A stretch of DNA of 64,000 bases. It comes from the human T2T-CHM13v2.0 reference genome, Homo sapiens. Each line of letters begins with the position of its first letter. Positions within the stretch are counted from its first letter, which is position 1. The stretch lies in NCBI RefSeq assembly GCF_009914755.1, contig NC_060927.1. The stretch is one strand, 5' to 3'. The translations under genes were made by a program, and so were the position numbers. Below the pieces are notes generated by a model that saw only the letters and a list, made by a program, of their open reading frames with translations, had not been told where the DNA came from and ran no database searches. Of the stretch, positions 60,501-64,000 are shown in pieces.

Positions 60501-61084
60501 GTTGACTTCTCTGGATCCCTTCTAGCAACATGAAAGTTTAAAATCTCCAGGTCCGAATTATTACTTGGTTCATTTGAGTTCAGAGCATATAAAATGTCTC
60601 TAAGAGTGTGCACCAGAGTCTCATGCTACAGCAGTGGAACTATAAATTGGCTTAGCTACTTAACTGTCTGCCCACACATATTTCTCACTATGACTTCTTT
60701 AATCAGGTCCAGTGCAACTAGGTAAGGGAGAGACATGTTAAAATAATAAGTAGTCACCTTAGCATCTGGTCACATCAGAGAAGTGTCGCATGCCTTTTAT
60801 TCACCACAGGGCCTCTCTATAAATAATTTTCCACCTCTTTCATCCTCCTACCATTACACTCACCAAGAAACATGTGCTGATGCCATAGACACATATGCCA
60901 ATGCAGCAGCAGTACTAAGATGAACAACACATGTTCCTTGCCTTCTTAGAGCTAGTTAGAGACATGTGGACACTGATGGATGGAGGTGTTTTAAGTTGCC
61001 ATGAATCTTAACAGTCATAATGTAGCCAAAAGTGCAACTTTTCATGTACTTAAAAGCAGCAAATGCTTTGGGTTTGGTTTTTTG

Positions 61085-61086
<2 letters not shown>

Positions 61087-61116
<30 letters not shown>
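61087..61116. repeat. (GT)15 microsatellite
   Basis: Directly visible. Confidence 0.95.
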
Positions 61117-61119
<3 letters not shown>

Positions 61120-61267
61120 GTGTTTTCTTAATGCACAGATGCTAAACATATATAAGCAAAGATCCATAACCTGATGTCCATAGTTCTGAAAGCCCTGTCC
61201 CATTTCCCAGTGATTAGACAACATTCTTATCATCATCTAATTCAAGATCCATTACAATGTGGACCTA

Positions 61268-61440
61268 TCATTCACTCATTCAGTTATTTGATAAATGTTT
61301 ACTAAATGAATGCCAATTATGTGCCAGGCACTGTGCAAGGAAATCAGAATTCTCTAGTGAATGGGACAGACACAGTCTCTGCCCTCATGATGTGTAAAAA
61401 TCTGTGAGAGGAAGGTGGATGAGAGATAGTAATCAAATAT
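61268..61440 (-). mobile_element. L2 3' end
   Basis: tcattcactcattc...tatgtgccaggcactgtgc...agacacagtctctgccctcatg. Confidence 0.75.
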
Positions 61441-62899
61441 TTAAAAGAATAAAATGTAATATATAGTATACATATATGTTTCACATACACACACACACAT
61501 TTGGAAAAAGTTGGGATGTATATATACTCAAATGTTAATAGTAATAATTGCTGGGGGGTAGAATTGTGATTTTTTTTCTTTTCCTTATAACGTTTTGTAT
61601 ATCCTCTGATTTTTTTTTGCAAGCACTACACTTTTATAATGAGAAAAAAAGCAATTTTCATTGTAAAAAAATTTATGCTTTTGAAGATTTATTGACAGGA
61701 AAATATCATATTGCTAAAAACAAAAGTTTCAAAACAACAAATATATAATAAGATTTCATTTTGATTATATAATACAGTAAAAAGTAACTGGAAGAGCATG
61801 TACCAAAATACTAGTAGCAGTTATCTTTGGTGGGATAATACTCCATTTTTTCTTTTAGGCTTTTTAAAAATTATCCAAGATTTCTATACTGAGCATATAA
61901 CTTTTTATTTATTTTAGCCTTAGAATCTCACCACCTTAAGGAAGCTGCCTTTGGCCAGCACCATACTGTGATCACCTGATCTTCCTCTACTGAACGCCTG
62001 TACAACTTGTTGCCACATTAACACCAAGCACAAGATACGGTTCTCATCATTATTTTTCTGTGAGCTCTGTGAGGGAGGTACCAGATGTTTGAGTTCTTTC
62101 ACTCACACAACCATTTTATCATGGTCAATAAATACGGGTGTCTCCATTCAATCGCTGGTACCCTCAAATCCAACCTGGATGTACCAGTGCTGTGTGTAGG
62201 GTTGGTTTGTGAGTTACTCCCCTCAGCAGCCCCCACACCTTGTTCCTAGCTCTCTACCCGGAGGGCCTGTCATCATCATCTCCTGACACCAAGTGCACTT
62301 CCAAGGGTTAGAAGCTCATTTCTAAACTGAGAGTTTTTCTGCCTCAACCCATCAAGGTTCACTGTGAAAAGTGAAACCAGCAGATGGAACAGAAGGAAAG
62401 GGTTCATTATTACAGAACATAATTTATTACCCACAGGATTCCTGAGTCATTGCCGCTGGGTGAGGAAAGAGATTCAGAGAATGTTGAGCCTGGAAGGGAG
62501 GCAAGCAAGAGGCTCAAGTTTACCAATGGAGAAGCCAGGTACACAGATAACGAGTGATGTGCCCCGAGTCCTACAACAAGTTGATGGCAGAGTGGTTTCT
62601 TCCACTGCAGAAGCCTGAGAGATAAATTAGAATACAAAGTAATCTGCATAGGATGAGGGTGTGACAGTGTGGTAAAGGGGAAACTTCCACGTTTTTCTCT
62701 GTGCTGTTTGCATCTTGCACAAGGAGACTGCAAGATATTTATGAATTGATGATTAATGTTCAACAAAGATATACCTTTTTAAAAAAAAATACCTGACAAA
62801 TAGAATAGCTTTTACTAATAGCATCAGCTCTCTGGACAGATTTCTGGGACTGCTTGTCTGGCTTCTTCTCAAATTCATGCAGCACCCTCCAGCTGCAAA

Positions 62900-63140
62900 G
62901 TACGTGGTTAAGAGAAAGAATAGACTTCAGGATCAGACAGGTTCAAGTTTGAATGTAAACTTGATTTCTTACCAGCTATGTGATTTGGGTGAGTTAATGA
63001 CCTCCTTGTGCCTCTGTTTCCTCAGCAGTGGAGGATGGAGATAATGGTATTACATAGCTCACAGAGTTACCTTAAGACTTAAACAAGGTAAAGCATGATG
63101 GTGCTCAGAACAGTGCCTGGAGCATAGCAGCTGCTCACTT
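62900..63140 (+). mobile_element. MIR
   Basis: gtggttaagag...tcagacaggttcaag...cttaccagctatgtga...gcctctgtttcctc...cagtgcctgg. Confidence 0.8.
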
Positions 63141-63464
63141 TGCCACCTTGGTTTTTCATCACTTTCCTTGAGGATACTGTTATCGCTACCACTACTTCCA
63201 CACTGGTTTCGTGACATGAGACAGAGGCCACTTCTCATTCAGCTGCTTTACTCAGGTTGCTCTTGTTCCCTAGAATGGCCTCCTCTCTTCTTCCAGCCCA
63301 TCAAAAGCCTGAATTTTTTTCTATACTCAACTCAAGATTCACCCTCCAAAATTATCCCTAAATCACTGTCAAAAGTCTCCCTCTCTCCAAATGGTGATTA
63401 TGTGTTGGGAAGGTGGTGGTAATGTTTAAAGGTCTGAGCAAACACAGTGAGACAACACAGCAAA

Positions 63465-63600
63465 GAGGAAAGAGTCTGAGCTTTGGCATCAAAAGGCTCT
63501 GACTAAAAATTGCTCATCTGCCAAATACCAACTGTGCGACCTGGAACAAATCACTTTAAACTCTCTGAGCCTTCATTTCTTCATCTGTTAAATAAGCCTC
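63465..63600 (+). mobile_element. MIR fragment
   Basis: ctgtgcgacctggaacaaatcacttt..ctctctgagcc...catctgt. Confidence 0.7.
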
Positions 63601-64000
63601 ATAATCCCCCTAGCTATCTCTTCTGACAGAAACAGTCCAATAGACAACAGCATTAAGGATAAGAGTAAGCAAGAAGGAACAGGAGGGAAAAAGAATCAAG
63701 GGCAGGCAAAAGAACCAGGGGCCGGGGGTGGAGTGTGATGAAGATGGACAAAACCCAATTGAGGGGAACAGTGCAAGGACCTCATGTCTGTCATTAGCAG
63801 AAAAATCAGTCATGATTCCTATGAGCAGAGCCCAGTGGGCCTCATGACAGCAGATTGGTGCAGATAAAGTTTCTATCAGAAAAGCAAGGTAGGTTAGTTT
63901 CGCATTATTTAGGAAAAGACCTGGAAAGGGGAGAAAAAGGCAACAACTTATCCTTCAAAGTGTCAACAGATGGCCTAGCTGGGATGCTCCGTGACAAGGT

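Overview
Human genomic DNA (it carries an essentially consensus AluYa5, a human-specific subfamily), intergenic or deep intronic, and mostly interspersed repeats. I recognise no host protein-coding exon, RNA gene or CpG island. Every long ORF in the track is decayed L1 ORF1/ORF2 or ERV gag/pro, or is spurious. Main contents: a 3'-truncated ERV9/LTR12 provirus, two long L1PA elements, a twin-primed inverted L1PA, a nested L1M/L1MA/MLT2/LTR7 stack, about ten Alus, MaLR/ERVL solo LTRs, hAT-family MITEs and MIR/L2 fragments. I find no support for a new gene system. The most interesting signals are structural: two local copy-paste duplications of non-repeat DNA (about 0.33 kb into a MER21 LTR, and 144 bp at an L1 tail), a tRNA-Pro-like primer binding site on the ERV9, a tailless Alu with an 18-bp TSD, an apparently L1-retroposed MaLR 3' end, a possible decayed hAT transposase, and small templated-insertion scars. 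Subfamily names come from recalled consensus sequences, not a database search. Boundaries of old repeats are approximate.
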